From positions 331,336 through 395,335 of the forward strand of contig WGMK01000010.1 in the NCBI GenBank assembly GCA_016125095.1: a stretch of 64,000 nt of DNA. Reading direction: 5' to 3'. Numbering within the stretch: the first letter of the stretch is position 1; each line of letters starts with the position of its first letter. Under the pieces are notes generated by a model that was not told the origin of the DNA, made no database searches, and worked only from the letters and a program-made list of their open reading frames with translations. Both the position numbers and the translations under genes were made by a program. This document shows positions 39,845 through 50,438 of this stretch, one piece after another. The DNA comes from Candidatus Hydrogenedens sp. Its GTDB lineage: Bacteria; Hydrogenedentota; Hydrogenedentia; Hydrogenedentales; JAEUWI01.

Positions 39845-40225
39845 TCAGATGAGGAGGCAGGCCGTCCGTTGAAAGAAGGGTTGCGGTGGCAGGGTATGCC
39901 GGGCCACGGGCACCAGTCCGGGCGCGGACGGTGCAAGCGGAAGCTCCAGCATGGTTACCGCGGCCGCAGGCACCTGAGGCGCCGGCGCGCTGTACGGTGC
40001 GGCGGCAGGCAGGGCTTCGGCGAAATCGCCGCCGATGGGCAGCGGGATATCGGTGCAGGGCTCAGGCTCCACGGGGGCGGGAGTCTCGTCGCAGCAGGTC
40101 GAGGGCAAGCACTCGCGCTCCAGTGCCACATGCCCATCGCCTCCCAGGCACAACACCATGCCGTCTGCACCCGCGGGCAATACCGCGAGTACAGCGAGTA
40201 GCAAGGTGAGGGTGCGTTGAATCAT
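39845..40225 (-). CDS. Small Cys-rich secreted protein at the head of the czc operon (CzcI-like position)
   Basis: Signal peptide; VLCLGGDGHVALE; CC; CTDIP; Pro-rich tail. Confidence 0.55.
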   Translation of the reverse strand: MIQRTLTLLLAVLAVLPAGADGMVLCLGGDGHVALERECLPSTCCDETPAPVEPEPCTDIPLPIGGDFAEALPAAAPYSAPAPQVPAAAVTMLELPLAPSAPGLVPVARHTLPPQPFFQRTACLLI

Positions 40226-40251
40226 GCGTGTACCAGATACCGGAGACGAAA

Positions 40252-40962
40252 CTACGCGCGCAGGATAGCGCCCCGCCGACTCCGGATCAACCGGGTCAGC
40301 GCCAGCGCCGCCAGCACCGTGGCCGCGGCGGCACCAAGCCATGCGCCCAGCGGCAGCGCCTGCGTCGGCGCATTCCCGGCAAACACGCCCTCGTTCCGGA
40401 ATGTTCCCCCGTTCTCGAACACGCCGTGATTCTCGATTTGCCCCGTGTTATGCAGCGTGCCCCGGCATTCCAGGGTGCCCACATTGTCCAGCATGGCGCC
40501 ATTCTGGAACTCGCCCAAAGGCCCAACCGCCAAGCGGCCGTGATTGATGAGGTTTATCCGCGCAGTGGTCTTGTCGGGATCGCGTATCGCGATGCGACCG
40601 TCCGTGCGCAGGATCCCCGTCGTGCCCACGGTTACCTCGCAGCCCTCGAAATCGCAGGAGGCATCCGTGTCGATAGCGAGCAGCCCTTCAAGGACGACCG
40701 TGGTGTTGGTCGCGATGAGGTGCCCCAGAACGGAAAGCACGCCGTCAATGCGGAGGGGGGTATTCACCGTAACGAAGTCGCCCGAGAGTACCGTTACCTC
40801 GTCTCCGGGCGCAGGCACAGTTTGCCCGGCCCAAGTCGAATCGGATTCCCAGGGCCCCCCGCCCGTACCATTCGTTACCAAGGATGCTGCATTCGCCGAA
40901 CTGGACACGAGGCCCAGCACGGCACACATGATTGCCCAACCACGAGCCATGCCGTACTCCAA
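40252..40962 (-). CDS. Secreted beta-helix-like protein with C-terminal TM sorting tail
   Basis: Signal peptide; GPWESDSTW..VP..GD.V; repeated (L/F)xNxG units; LPLG+TM+RSRR tail. Confidence 0.6.
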   Translation of the reverse strand: MEYGMARGWAIMCAVLGLVSSSANAASLVTNGTGGGPWESDSTWAGQTVPAPGDEVTVLSGDFVTVNTPLRIDGVLSVLGHLIATNTTVVLEGLLAIDTDASCDFEGCEVTVGTTGILRTDGRIAIRDPDKTTARINLINHGRLAVGPLGEFQNGAMLDNVGTLECRGTLHNTGQIENHGVFENGGTFRNEGVFAGNAPTQALPLGAWLGAAAATVLAALALTRLIRSRRGAILRA

Positions 40963-41022
40963 AACCCCAAGCCGCCATTCTGGGCATATCCTGCCCCGCG
41001 GTTCAAGTCGATGCCGGCCGCG

Positions 41023-41880
41023 CTACCAGGCGCCGACTTTCCCCAGCAGCCAGTTGCTCAATTCCGCACGGCGCACGTCGGGGTTCGCAAGCCCCGCGTC
41101 ATTCAGGGGATCATTCGCGGTCACGCGCCCTGCAGCACGCCGCGCATCAAACGAACTGTAGCGCTCCATCTCCGCATGCACCTCGTCGACATCGCGGAAC
41201 AGTCCCTCCGCCAAGAGCGCATTCGTTAGCCGGTCCAGCACCCGCGCCATGGTGGCATGGTCGAACTCCGGATGGTATTGCACCGCCCAGAGCGAAGCAT
41301 CGCCGTCGTCGTAGGCGAAGGACTGCACGGCGCACATGTCGTTGCACGACAACACGACCGCGCCCCGGGGCAATTCCGCCACCTCGTCCACATGCACGGC
41401 AAAGGCCGAGAACTTGCGCGGCTTTCCGGCATACATGGGGTGCGCGTGCCCCGCGTCCGTCAGGGTAATTCCGGTTGCGATGCCGATTTCGCGGCCCTTG
41501 GGATTGGCGCGCACCTTGCCGCCGAGGATCGTCGCGAAAACCTGTAGCGCCCAACAGCTGCCGAAGGCCGGCACGCCGGCCTGCATCACCCGTTCGGCCA
41601 GCCTGAGTTGCTCCGTCACCGCGCCATGCGCGTCATACACATTCAGCGCCGACCCCGTCCAGATTGCGCCGTCGAAATCAGTCAGGGCCAGTCCGTCGGG
41701 CAGGCAATCAGCGCCCTCGTCGGCCGGGCGCACGATGGTGCAGGCCGTGCCAGGCGCGATTTCGTCCACCAGCGCCGCGTACCACTCGCCGTAGGGCGTG
41801 CCGCCGACCGCCGCGATTTTGCCGCTCACCTCCCGCGTGTTGCCCTCGACAATCAGCACCCGCCGCCGCATTTGTTCCAT
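41023..41880 (-). CDS. Class I glutamine amidotransferase-like protein (putative gamma-glutamyl hydrolase)
   Basis: WTGS; FGSCWALQ nucleophile Cys; VQYHPE. Confidence 0.82.
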   Translation of the reverse strand: MEQMRRRVLIVEGNTREVSGKIAAVGGTPYGEWYAALVDEIAPGTACTIVRPADEGADCLPDGLALTDFDGAIWTGSALNVYDAHGAVTEQLRLAERVMQAGVPAFGSCWALQVFATILGGKVRANPKGREIGIATGITLTDAGHAHPMYAGKPRKFSAFAVHVDEVAELPRGAVVLSCNDMCAVQSFAYDDGDASLWAVQYHPEFDHATMARVLDRLTNALLAEGLFRDVDEVHAEMERYSSFDARRAAGRVTANDPLNDAGLANPDVRRAELSNWLLGKVGAW

Positions 41881-41898
41881 GGGTCTGCGCGGCTCCGC

Positions 41899-43245
41899 TC
41901 AGATGATTTCGAAGTACCGCTGGAGTTCCCAGTCGGTAATCGCCTTGCGGAATTCGCGCTCTTCCCACTCGCGCGATTGCGCGTAGTGCTCCACAAAATC
42001 CGTGCCGAAGATGGTGTGCGCTTCTTCTGATTTCCGCAGCCGTCCCGCCGCCTCGTACAGCGTTGCAGGAAGCGACAGCCGCTTGGCGTGCTTGCCCTCG
42101 TAGGCATTGCCGATGACGGGTGGAGTCGGTTCAATCTTATGTTCGATGCCCCACAGCCCCGAGCCCACAGCCGCCGCCATGGTGATGTAGGGATTCGCGT
42201 CGGCTGCGGCAATGCGGTATTCCACGCGCTGGCTCGAGGGCCCGCCGGGTATCGCGCGCAAGGCGCAGGTGCGGTTCTCGATGCCCCAAGTCGCCGCCGT
42301 CGGCGCCCAGAAACCAGGGATCAATCGGCTGTAGCTGTTCACGGTGCAGGCCACCATCGAAAGGAACGACGGCATCAGCGCTTGCTGCCCGCCGATGAAC
42401 CAGCGCATCTCGTCCGACATGCCGTGTTCGCCCGAGGGATTGTGGAAGACCGGCTTGCCCTTGGACTGAAGCGACAGGTGCAGGTGGCCGGATTGACCCG
42501 GCCAGTCCTTCGACCACTTCGCCATGAACGTCGCCATCCATCCCCGGCGCTGCGCGAGCACCTTGGTAAACGTCTTGAAGAGCGCTGCACGGTCGGCGGC
42601 CTCCAGTCCCTGCGCATGGCAGATGGCGGCCTCGAGCACGCCCGGACCGGTCTCCGTGTGCAGGCCTTCCAGCGGATAGCCCATGGCCTCGCAGAGATGC
42701 AGCAGCTCGTGGTAAAACTCGGCATGCACCGAGTTGCGCAGCATCGAGTACCCGAAAAATCCGGGTGTGATCGGCTTGAGGTTCTTGTAATCCTTTTCGC
42801 GTACCGTATCGGGCGATTCCTCGAAGAGGAAGAACTCGTACTCGAAGGCGCCGGTGACCGAATAGCCCATGCCCGCCGCCCGATCGAGCACGCGCCGCAG
42901 CACGCCGCGCGGGCAGATGGCCTCGGCCTGCTCGTCGAACTCGCCCAGGAACAGCAGCGTGCCCGGTTCGAAGGGGATCTTTCGGCAGGACTCCGGAATG
43001 ATGCGGACCGGGGCGTCCGGGTAGGCCGTATGCCAGCCCGTATACTTCGCGCTGTCGTACAGCTGGTCGTGGCTGTCCCAGCCCAGCACCACATCGCAGA
43101 AGCCGAAGCCCTTCTCGAGCGAGGAGAGAAACTTGTCGCGCTGCATGTACTTGCCGCGCATGATGCCGTCCACGTCGAATACGCCGACCTTGACGTATCG
43201 AATCTCCTGCTCGTTGAGCAGTTGCTTAATCTTCTCGATTCTCAT
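41899..43245 (-). CDS. Glutamine synthetase-like gamma-glutamyl-amine ligase
   Basis: DVDGIMRGK; AFEYEFFLF; HTETGPGVLE; TFMAK..GQSGHLH; NSYSRL; NRTCALR; RVEYR; start 43245 or 43272. Confidence 0.88.
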   Translation of the reverse strand: MRIEKIKQLLNEQEIRYVKVGVFDVDGIMRGKYMQRDKFLSSLEKGFGFCDVVLGWDSHDQLYDSAKYTGWHTAYPDAPVRIIPESCRKIPFEPGTLLFLGEFDEQAEAICPRGVLRRVLDRAAGMGYSVTGAFEYEFFLFEESPDTVREKDYKNLKPITPGFFGYSMLRNSVHAEFYHELLHLCEAMGYPLEGLHTETGPGVLEAAICHAQGLEAADRAALFKTFTKVLAQRRGWMATFMAKWSKDWPGQSGHLHLSLQSKGKPVFHNPSGEHGMSDEMRWFIGGQQALMPSFLSMVACTVNSYSRLIPGFWAPTAATWGIENRTCALRAIPGGPSSQRVEYRIAAADANPYITMAAAVGSGLWGIEHKIEPTPPVIGNAYEGKHAKRLSLPATLYEAAGRLRKSEEAHTIFGTDFVEHYAQSREWEEREFRKAITDWELQRYFEII

Positions 43246-43275
43246 CGTCCCGCCCTTCCCTTGCTTCGGCATCGT

Positions 43276-44454
43276 CTACGCAGCAGCCACCGGTTCCGGC
43301 AGTTCGCCTGCCAGCGCGCATTCGAAAATCGTCTGGTACTGCGCCGGGGTCAGCGCAATCGGATTGCCGCCCGCCGAAGGATCCTCGATGGCGAGGCGTC
43401 CCACCTCTTCCGCCTGGTCCCCCGGGATACCGAGCGAGGCCAGCGTATGCGGAATGCCGATCTCTTCGCGCAGCGCCAGCACCCAGGCAATCAGGCCGTC
43501 CAGGCTCGCCTTTAGCCCCAGACAATTCGCCAGATAGGCGGCATCGTCCGCGATCGCGTTGCGGTTGGCCGACAGCACATAGGGCATCAGCACGGCGTTC
43601 AGCATCCCGTGGTGCGCGTTGTAGAGCCCGCCCAGCGTGTGGGCCAGGGCATGCATGCCGCCGAGCCCGCGCTGAAACGCCGTCGCCCCCGCCTGCGACG
43701 CCGCCAGCATGTGCGAACGCGCCTCGATGTTGCCGCCATCTTGCACCGCAGTGGCCAGGTTTTCTTTCACCAGCCGCATGCCTTCCACCGCTATACCGCG
43801 TGCGAAGGGATGGTAGAACGGCGCGAAGAAGGCCTCCATGCTATGCGAGAGCGCATCCATGCCCGTGGCGGCGGTAATGCCCGCCGGCAGTCCGGTCGTC
43901 AGTTCCGGGTCCGAAAGCGCGATCCGCGGCAGCATCGTCGGGTGGAAAATGATCCGCTTGCGGTGCGCCGTCTCGTCGGTGATGACGCTCGCTCGGCCCA
44001 CTTCCGAGCCGGTGCCGGAAGTCGTCGGCACGGCCACCACCGGCACCAGGTTCTCCGTGGTCGCGCGCAGCCAGTTGTCGCCGATGTCTTCGAAATCCGC
44101 TATCGGGCGGTTCTGTCGCGCCATGAACGCAATCGCCTTGGCCGCGTCCACGCCGCTGCCGCCGCCGAATGCAATGACGCCGTCATATCCGCCCGCCCGG
44201 AACGCCGCGGTTCCAGCCTCTACCTGCGTTTCGGTCGGATTGCCGCTTACATCGCTGAAGACTCCACAGTCGAGTCCATCAGCCTTGCACGCGGCGACCG
44301 CCGCCTTGGTGATAGCGTGTTCCGCCAGGCCCGAATCCGTAACCAGCAGCGGACGCTGCATGCCCAGTTCGCGGCAGCAGGCCGCCAGTTCACTGATACG
44401 GCCCGCCCCGAAGCGGACGGTCGTCGGGTAATTCCAGTTGCCGCGCAGGTTCAC
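43276..44454 (-). CDS. Iron-containing alcohol dehydrogenase
   Basis: GGGSGVDAAK; VPTTSGTGSEV; DALSH; HALAH; HHG. Confidence 0.92.
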   Translation of the reverse strand: MNLRGNWNYPTTVRFGAGRISELAACCRELGMQRPLLVTDSGLAEHAITKAAVAACKADGLDCGVFSDVSGNPTETQVEAGTAAFRAGGYDGVIAFGGGSGVDAAKAIAFMARQNRPIADFEDIGDNWLRATTENLVPVVAVPTTSGTGSEVGRASVITDETAHRKRIIFHPTMLPRIALSDPELTTGLPAGITAATGMDALSHSMEAFFAPFYHPFARGIAVEGMRLVKENLATAVQDGGNIEARSHMLAASQAGATAFQRGLGGMHALAHTLGGLYNAHHGMLNAVLMPYVLSANRNAIADDAAYLANCLGLKASLDGLIAWVLALREEIGIPHTLASLGIPGDQAEEVGRLAIEDPSAGGNPIALTPAQYQTIFECALAGELPEPVAAA

Positions 44455-44470
44455 GCGCTTACTCCTTGTG

Positions 44471-45856
44471 TTACTTGGTGGAAACGCGGAAGTGAAAGGA
44501 CTTCGGACGCGTCAGTTGTTCAAAACCCAGACGACTCAACGTGCAGCCGCGTCCCGTATTCTTCACCCCGGTCCACGCGAGGTCGGGGTCCAGATAATCG
44601 CATCGGTTCAGAAATACCGTGCCCGTGGCAATGCGGTCGCCCAGCGCCAGCGCGGCGTCCACGTCCTCGCTCCAGATGCTCGCCGTCAGGCCGAGGTCGC
44701 TGTCGTTCATCAGCGCGACGGCCTCCTCGTCGGACTGCACCTTCATGATGCCGGCCACCGGGCCGAAGGTCTCCTCGTTCATCACGCGCATCGAGTGGTC
44801 CACATCCACCAGCAGCTGCGGTGCCAGGTAGGGCGTGCCCTCCCGGTTTTCCGCGAAGCCCGCCGGATCCACCAGCGCCTTGGCGCCGGCCGCCACGGCC
44901 TCGGCCACCTGCCCGCGCACGAAATCCGCGGCGGAAGTCCGCACGCAGGGCCCCAGCGTCGTGGCCTCGTCCAGGGGGCTGCCCAGCACGTATTGCTTCG
45001 TCAGCTCGACCGCGCCCTCGACGAACGCGTCGTAGACGTCGGCATGCACGTAAATCCGCTCGACGCCGCAGCAGCTCTGACCGGAATTGAAGAAGGCGCC
45101 ATCCACGACATTTTCGATGGCATGCGCGAGGTTGGCGTCGTGGCGCACATAGGCCGGGTCTTTACCGCCGAGTTCGAGGCCCACTGGAATGAACCGGCCC
45201 GCAGCCGCTTCTTCAATCTGCGCGCCGCCGGGCACCGAACCCGTAAACGCGACGCCCCCGATGGCGGGCTCCTTGATGAGCTTCGCCGTTTGCGCGCGGC
45301 TCAGGTGTAAAAACTGAAATAAGCCCTCGGGCAGTCCTGCCGCCCGGCCGGCTTCCACAAACCGCTCGGCGCACAAAGGCGTCTGATGCGAATGCTTGAG
45401 CAGCACCGCATTACCCGCCATCAGCGCCGGAATCACGCTATTCACCGAAGTCAGGTAGGGGTAGTTCCACGGGGCCACCGTCAGCAGCACCCCGATGGGC
45501 GTGCGCCGGATAAAACGCTGGAATCCCGGTTTCTCGGGCATGCCGAGGTCGGCCAGCGCTTCAGGTGCCAAGGCAATCATCTTGCGGGCGCGCTCTTCAA
45601 AGCCCCGGACTTCGCCCAGCCCGTAGCGCACCGGCCGGCCCATCTGCCAGGCCAATTCGTCGCGGTGGGTATCTCCTTGCGCCACAAAGGCATCCACCAA
45701 GGCCCCGCACAGGCGCGCCCGTTCGTCAATACTCGCAGAGGCCCACGATCTCGCCGCCGCATCGGCGCGTTCCAGGGCTTGGGTTATCTCGTGGTCGGCG
45801 GCTTCCGGGCGCTCGCAGTAGAGCGAGCCATCCACCGGGGAAATGCATTGAATCAA
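44471..45856 (-). CDS. Aldehyde dehydrogenase
   Basis: PWNYP; FTGS; LELGGKDP; GQSCC; EETFGP. Confidence 0.93.
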   Translation of the reverse strand: MIQCISPVDGSLYCERPEAADHEITQALERADAAARSWASASIDERARLCGALVDAFVAQGDTHRDELAWQMGRPVRYGLGEVRGFEERARKMIALAPEALADLGMPEKPGFQRFIRRTPIGVLLTVAPWNYPYLTSVNSVIPALMAGNAVLLKHSHQTPLCAERFVEAGRAAGLPEGLFQFLHLSRAQTAKLIKEPAIGGVAFTGSVPGGAQIEEAAAGRFIPVGLELGGKDPAYVRHDANLAHAIENVVDGAFFNSGQSCCGVERIYVHADVYDAFVEGAVELTKQYVLGSPLDEATTLGPCVRTSAADFVRGQVAEAVAAGAKALVDPAGFAENREGTPYLAPQLLVDVDHSMRVMNEETFGPVAGIMKVQSDEEAVALMNDSDLGLTASIWSEDVDAALALGDRIATGTVFLNRCDYLDPDLAWTGVKNTGRGCTLSRLGFEQLTRPKSFHFRVSTK

Positions 45857-46028
45857 CGGCGTTCTCCTGTCGTCGCGTCAGCCGAATTTCGACCGCATAG
45901 TCTAGGCTTCTTGCATGGCGCAATCAACCGCGCGACGGACGGCCAAGCATTCAGCAGGCTTGCAGAAATATGCGATTTATGTTGTAATGCCTATGGTGTT
46001 TTAGGGTGCCTAGACGGGAGGTCTGAGT

Positions 46029-47069
46029 GTGGAAGCTGGGAAATCCGCTTCCGAGGAGTCGCGCTTGGACATTTACGAGGGAATTTTTGAATGCGCGCCC
46101 GATGCGATGCTGGTCGTCGGCGGCGATGGCATCATCGCCAAGGCAAACCAGACGGCGGAGCGTATGTTCGGCTATGAGCGCGGGGCTCTGGCCGGCGCTT
46201 CGGTCGAGTCGCTGATCCCGCGCCGCTTCACCTCGCGCCATGTACAGCACCGCTCGGAATACTTCTCGGAGCCCAGGACGCGTCCCATGGGCGAAGGCCT
46301 CGACTTATTCGGCCTGCGGAATGACGGCACCGAGTTTCCCGTCGATATCATGCTGAGCCCCATGAAGACCGAGTCCGGTCCGGTGATACTCTGTGTCGCG
46401 CGCGATTGCACGGACCGCAAGCGCGCGGAGTCGCTTATCCTCGAGTCGCTTCGCGAGAAGGAAGTTCTCATCAAGGAAATCCACCACCGGGTGAAGAACA
46501 ACCTTGCCGTCATGTCCAGCCTGTTCTATCTGCAGTCAACGTATACGCATGACGAGCCGACGATAGAGATTCTTCGCGAAAGCCAGGATCGGGTGCGCTC
46601 CATGGCGCTGGTGCACGAGTCACTTTATCAGTCCGGCAACTTCTCCGCCGTAAACTTCGCGGACTACGCGGTGAACCTCAGCGAACAGCTTATCGGCGCC
46701 TATACCATGCCTACAGGGCGTATCAAGCTCATCTCCAATGTCGAGTCCGTGCAGCTCAATATGGAATTGGCGGTGCCGTGCGGACTGATTCTCAACGAAA
46801 TCGTGACGAACGCCCTCAAGCATGCATTTCCGCACGGATACCCCGGCGAAATTCAGTTGAACCTGCGCACGCTGGACACCGGCGATATCGAGTTGTGCGT
46901 CATCGACAACGGCGTAGGCATCACCGACATGTTCGATCCCGATGCGTCGCCCACGCTCGGACTTAGGCTGATACGTCTACTCGCCCGCCAAATCGATGGC
47001 GATTTCCGGATGTCCGCCAGGCTGCCCGGTACCGAGGTCTGCCTGAAAGTGCCGGCGCTGCATGGATGA
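46029..47069 (+). CDS. PAS-domain sensor histidine kinase (HisKA_2 type)
   Basis: PAS/PAC (DGTEFPVDI); KEIHHRVKNNL H-box; NEIVTNALKHAF; DNGVG; LGL. Confidence 0.9.
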   Translation: MEAGKSASEESRLDIYEGIFECAPDAMLVVGGDGIIAKANQTAERMFGYERGALAGASVESLIPRRFTSRHVQHRSEYFSEPRTRPMGEGLDLFGLRNDGTEFPVDIMLSPMKTESGPVILCVARDCTDRKRAESLILESLREKEVLIKEIHHRVKNNLAVMSSLFYLQSTYTHDEPTIEILRESQDRVRSMALVHESLYQSGNFSAVNFADYAVNLSEQLIGAYTMPTGRIKLISNVESVQLNMELAVPCGLILNEIVTNALKHAFPHGYPGEIQLNLRTLDTGDIELCVIDNGVGITDMFDPDASPTLGLRLIRLLARQIDGDFRMSARLPGTEVCLKVPALHG

Positions 47070-50000
47070 TTACCAGCATCGAACATAGCATCTTGAGCGT
47101 ACTGGTCGTGGAGGACGAGGCCCTGATCGCCGAGGAAATCTCCGACCGGCTGCAGCGGCTTGGCTACCTCGTCGCGGGAATCGCCGACAACGCGGAGTCC
47201 GCTATTGAAATCGCTTCCCGCGAGCGGCCTGACGTTGTGCTCATGGACATCAGCATCAAGGGCGCTGACGATGGCGTGGAGACAGCGCGCAAAATCTACG
47301 CCGAACTCGATATTCCCGTGGTGTTCCTCACGGCCCATTCCGACGAGGTGACTTTCGCGCGCGCGATGTCGGCGGCATCCTTCGGCTACGTGCTCAAGCC
47401 CTTCCACGAGCGCGACCTCCTGTCTGCGGTCAAGGTCGCCCTGCATCGCCATCACACCGAACAGTACCTGCGGGACAGCGAACTGACCTATGCAACCATT
47501 GCCGCGAACGTTGCCGATGGCATCATCGCGCTAGATGCCGATGCGCGCGTCCGATATCTCAATCCCGCTGCCGAATCCATGCTGCGCATTGAAGGGGCGG
47601 ATTCGATTGGCCAGCCGCTCGAGTCGGTGCTGCGATATACCACCCTCACGGGCGACGGTATCGACGCGGGCATGGTGTCCGCCGTGCTGACCTCGGGCGA
47701 GCCGTCCCAGAACTCGGAATGGGAAGTGCTTCAGGCAGACGGGGGCAAGCTGATAGCGGAGGCCAACGTAACGCCGATCCGGGGAGGCGGAGGGACCGTC
47801 AAGGGCGCAGTGATTGCCCTGCGCGATATCACCGAGCGCAGGAGACAGGAGTCGGCCCTGCGCGAAAGCGAAGAACGCTGGCAGTTCGCCCTCGAGGGCG
47901 CGGATGACGGCGTGTGGGACTGGGATGCTTCCAGTAATTATGCCTATTTCAGCCCCGGCTGGAAGGCCATGCTCGGCTATGCGGAACATGAGATCCCGGG
48001 TACCTACGAGGCGTGGGAGTCGCTCATTCATACCGACGACCGCGAAGGCGTGCTCAAGTCGCTGGACGAGTTGTTGAGCGGAAGGCAACCGAACTACGCC
48101 GTCGAGCATCGGCTCCGGTGCCACGACGGCTCGTACAAGTGGGTGCTCGCCCGCGGCAAGGTAGTCGCTCGCGATGCGGAAGGCGCCGCCCTGCGCATCG
48201 TCGGCACGCACACCGACCTCAGCGAAATGAAAGAGGCGATGCACACGCTCCAAGAGAGCGAAAGCCGGTTCCGGGCGCTTATCGAGGACCTTGCTGTCGG
48301 GGTGGTGTTGCAGGATCCGGACGACCGCGTGACCCTTATTAATCGTGCCGCCAAACAAATCCTCGGCATCGATCTCGATCGCGACCGAAATATCGGGTCG
48401 TCGGATCCACGCTGGAACTTGACGCGGGAAGACGGTGCGACGCTGCTGCCGGAGGACGCTCCTTCTGTGATTGCAGCGAAGACGCTGGTTCCTGTGCGGA
48501 ATCAGGTGCTCGGGGCCTGCAACCTGGAGACAGGAGAACGAAAGTGGCTGCTGGTCACGGCCGCACCGAGACTTTATGAAGATAATTTGCTCAAGCACGT
48601 CCTCGTGACGATTGCGGACATTACCGCTCAGAAGCAGACGGAACAGGCGCTGCGCGAAAGCGACGAGCGCGTGCGGGCGTTGAACGAGCGCTTTGTGCTC
48701 GCCGCCGATTCCGCGGGTATCGGTGTCTGGGAATACAACGCGCAATCGGGTGCCGTCGTTTGGGACGAGCAAATGCACCGGTTGTTTGGCTTGTCGCGGG
48801 AAGATTTCGAGGGTACCTACAAGGCTTGGGTGAGTTGTATTCATCCGGACGATGGCGCAGCGTTCCACTCCGCGATGAAGACGGCCATGGCGGGAAGCGG
48901 TTTCCTCGACATCGAATACCGGATCAAGCTGCCCGACAATGTCGAACGCCATTTGCGTGCCTGTGCCCGGGTGCTTCCCGGCAAGGACGGCCAATCCCTG
49001 CGGATTGCGGGCGTACATATCGACATGACCCGGCAGCGCCAGCTGGAGCGGCGACTTCTCCAGGGGCAGAAAATGCAGGCCATCGGCCAGCTGGCCGGCG
49101 GCGTCGCGCATGACTTCAACAACCTGCTTACCGTAATTTGCGGTTACAGCGACATGATGCTCGGGGAACTCATGGACTCCGCGCATCCGCTGCGCCCCTT
49201 CGTGGAGGCCATGCACGAAGCCGGGGAGCGTGCCGCGCGTCTGACCCAGCAATTGCTGCTCTTCGGCCGCAAAGCCGATCAGCGACTGGAAACGTTCAGT
49301 CTCAATGATTTGCTTCAGGACATGCACCGCATGCTGCGCAGGCTTATCGAGGAAAGCATTGCGATCGAGGTTGCACCGCAACCCGACTGCAAATCGGTCT
49401 TGGCCGATCGCACCCAGCTGGAGCAGGTGATCCTGAACCTGTGCCTGAATGCCCGGGACGCCATGCCCCGGGGCGGCAATTTAGTACTATGCACCCGGGA
49501 CGCGACACCCGAGGAAGTGGCAGCACCGCGCACACCGGGCGATCACGTGGTACTTCTGGTGAAGGACGATGGCCTGGGCATGTCGCCCGAAGTGAAAGAC
49601 CGTCTGTTCGAGCCCTTCTTCACCACCAAGGGCGCCGGTCAGGGCACCGGGCTGGGCATGGCCACGGTGTATAGCGTCGTCGAGCAGGCAGGCGGGTTCA
49701 TCGAAATTGAAAGCGAGCCCGGTGAGGGCACCGAAGTTCGTGTATATCTGCCCGTGGCCGATGCCTGGGTGACTGCGGCGGCGGCGGCCAAGGCGCAAAG
49801 GAAAGTAAAAGGCAACGGCGAAACGATTCTGCTCGTGGAGGATGAGGATGAAGTGCGCCGCGTCGGCCGCCTCATTCTTGAACAATCGGGCTTTACAGTG
49901 ATCGAGGCCGAGAGTGCCATGGAGGCACTGGGCAAATACGATGCCCACGAGGGGCGGGTCGATATGCTCGTGACCGATGTGGTCATGCCGCAAATCAATG

Positions 50001-50185
50001 GCCGCGAATTGGCCGAGCGTCTGCGCGCCAAGAAGCCCGATCTCATAGTGCTCTTCGTAAGCGGCTACAATGAGGATGCCGTACTACGCCAGGGTATTTC
50101 CGACACCACTACGGGCTTCCTTTCCAAGCCCTTCAGCCATCACGAATTCGCACTGCGTGTCTGGGAGGCGCTCCAGAAGCGCTGA
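47066..50185 (+). CDS. Hybrid sensor kinase REC-(PAS)x4-HisKA-HATPase-REC
   Basis: N-terminal VEDE..MDI..KP; four PAS/PAC blocks; AGGVAHDFNNLL; FEPFFTTK..GTGLG; C-terminal VEDE..TDVVMP..KPF. Confidence 0.92.
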   Translation: MITSIEHSILSVLVVEDEALIAEEISDRLQRLGYLVAGIADNAESAIEIASRERPDVVLMDISIKGADDGVETARKIYAELDIPVVFLTAHSDEVTFARAMSAASFGYVLKPFHERDLLSAVKVALHRHHTEQYLRDSELTYATIAANVADGIIALDADARVRYLNPAAESMLRIEGADSIGQPLESVLRYTTLTGDGIDAGMVSAVLTSGEPSQNSEWEVLQADGGKLIAEANVTPIRGGGGTVKGAVIALRDITERRRQESALRESEERWQFALEGADDGVWDWDASSNYAYFSPGWKAMLGYAEHEIPGTYEAWESLIHTDDREGVLKSLDELLSGRQPNYAVEHRLRCHDGSYKWVLARGKVVARDAEGAALRIVGTHTDLSEMKEAMHTLQESESRFRALIEDLAVGVVLQDPDDRVTLINRAAKQILGIDLDRDRNIGSSDPRWNLTREDGATLLPEDAPSVIAAKTLVPVRNQVLGACNLETGERKWLLVTAAPRLYEDNLLKHVLVTIADITAQKQTEQALRESDERVRALNERFVLAADSAGIGVWEYNAQSGAVVWDEQMHRLFGLSREDFEGTYKAWVSCIHPDDGAAFHSAMKTAMAGSGFLDIEYRIKLPDNVERHLRACARVLPGKDGQSLRIAGVHIDMTRQRQLERRLLQGQKMQAIGQLAGGVAHDFNNLLTVICGYSDMMLGELMDSAHPLRPFVEAMHEAGERAARLTQQLLLFGRKADQRLETFSLNDLLQDMHRMLRRLIEESIAIEVAPQPDCKSVLADRTQLEQVILNLCLNARDAMPRGGNLVLCTRDATPEEVAAPRTPGDHVVLLVKDDGLGMSPEVKDRLFEPFFTTKGAGQGTGLGMATVYSVVEQAGGFIEIESEPGEGTEVRVYLPVADAWVTAAAAAKAQRKVKGNGETILLVEDEDEVRRVGRLILEQSGFTVIEAESAMEALGKYDAHEGRVDMLVTDVVMPQINGRELAERLRAKKPDLIVLFVSGYNEDAVLRQGISDTTTGFLSKPFSHHEFALRVWEALQKR

Positions 50186-50438
50186 CCCACCCGTAGTGCC
50201 GCCCTTCGGGGCGCCTTGCCCCGGCAATACCCCTTCGTACGTATGTCAACAATCCCGGCTTTCGCTGGCGGGAACCCAGTGAAATCACCATTTTCATATA
50301 ATGTAGGTATCTATGGGATTGCGATTTTTTCGGGATACCCGTATAATTCCGTCGGGCTTGTAAGGCTTCCGTCTCAATCAGCGAGACCACGGAAGCCGTA
50401 GTAACGCGAGCCATCAGATACCCGCAGAATGAGGTCGT

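Noticed and set aside
50290..50320. dif-like site (catataatgta)
   Set aside because: It resembles only one half-site; the XerD arm TTATGTTAAAT is absent.
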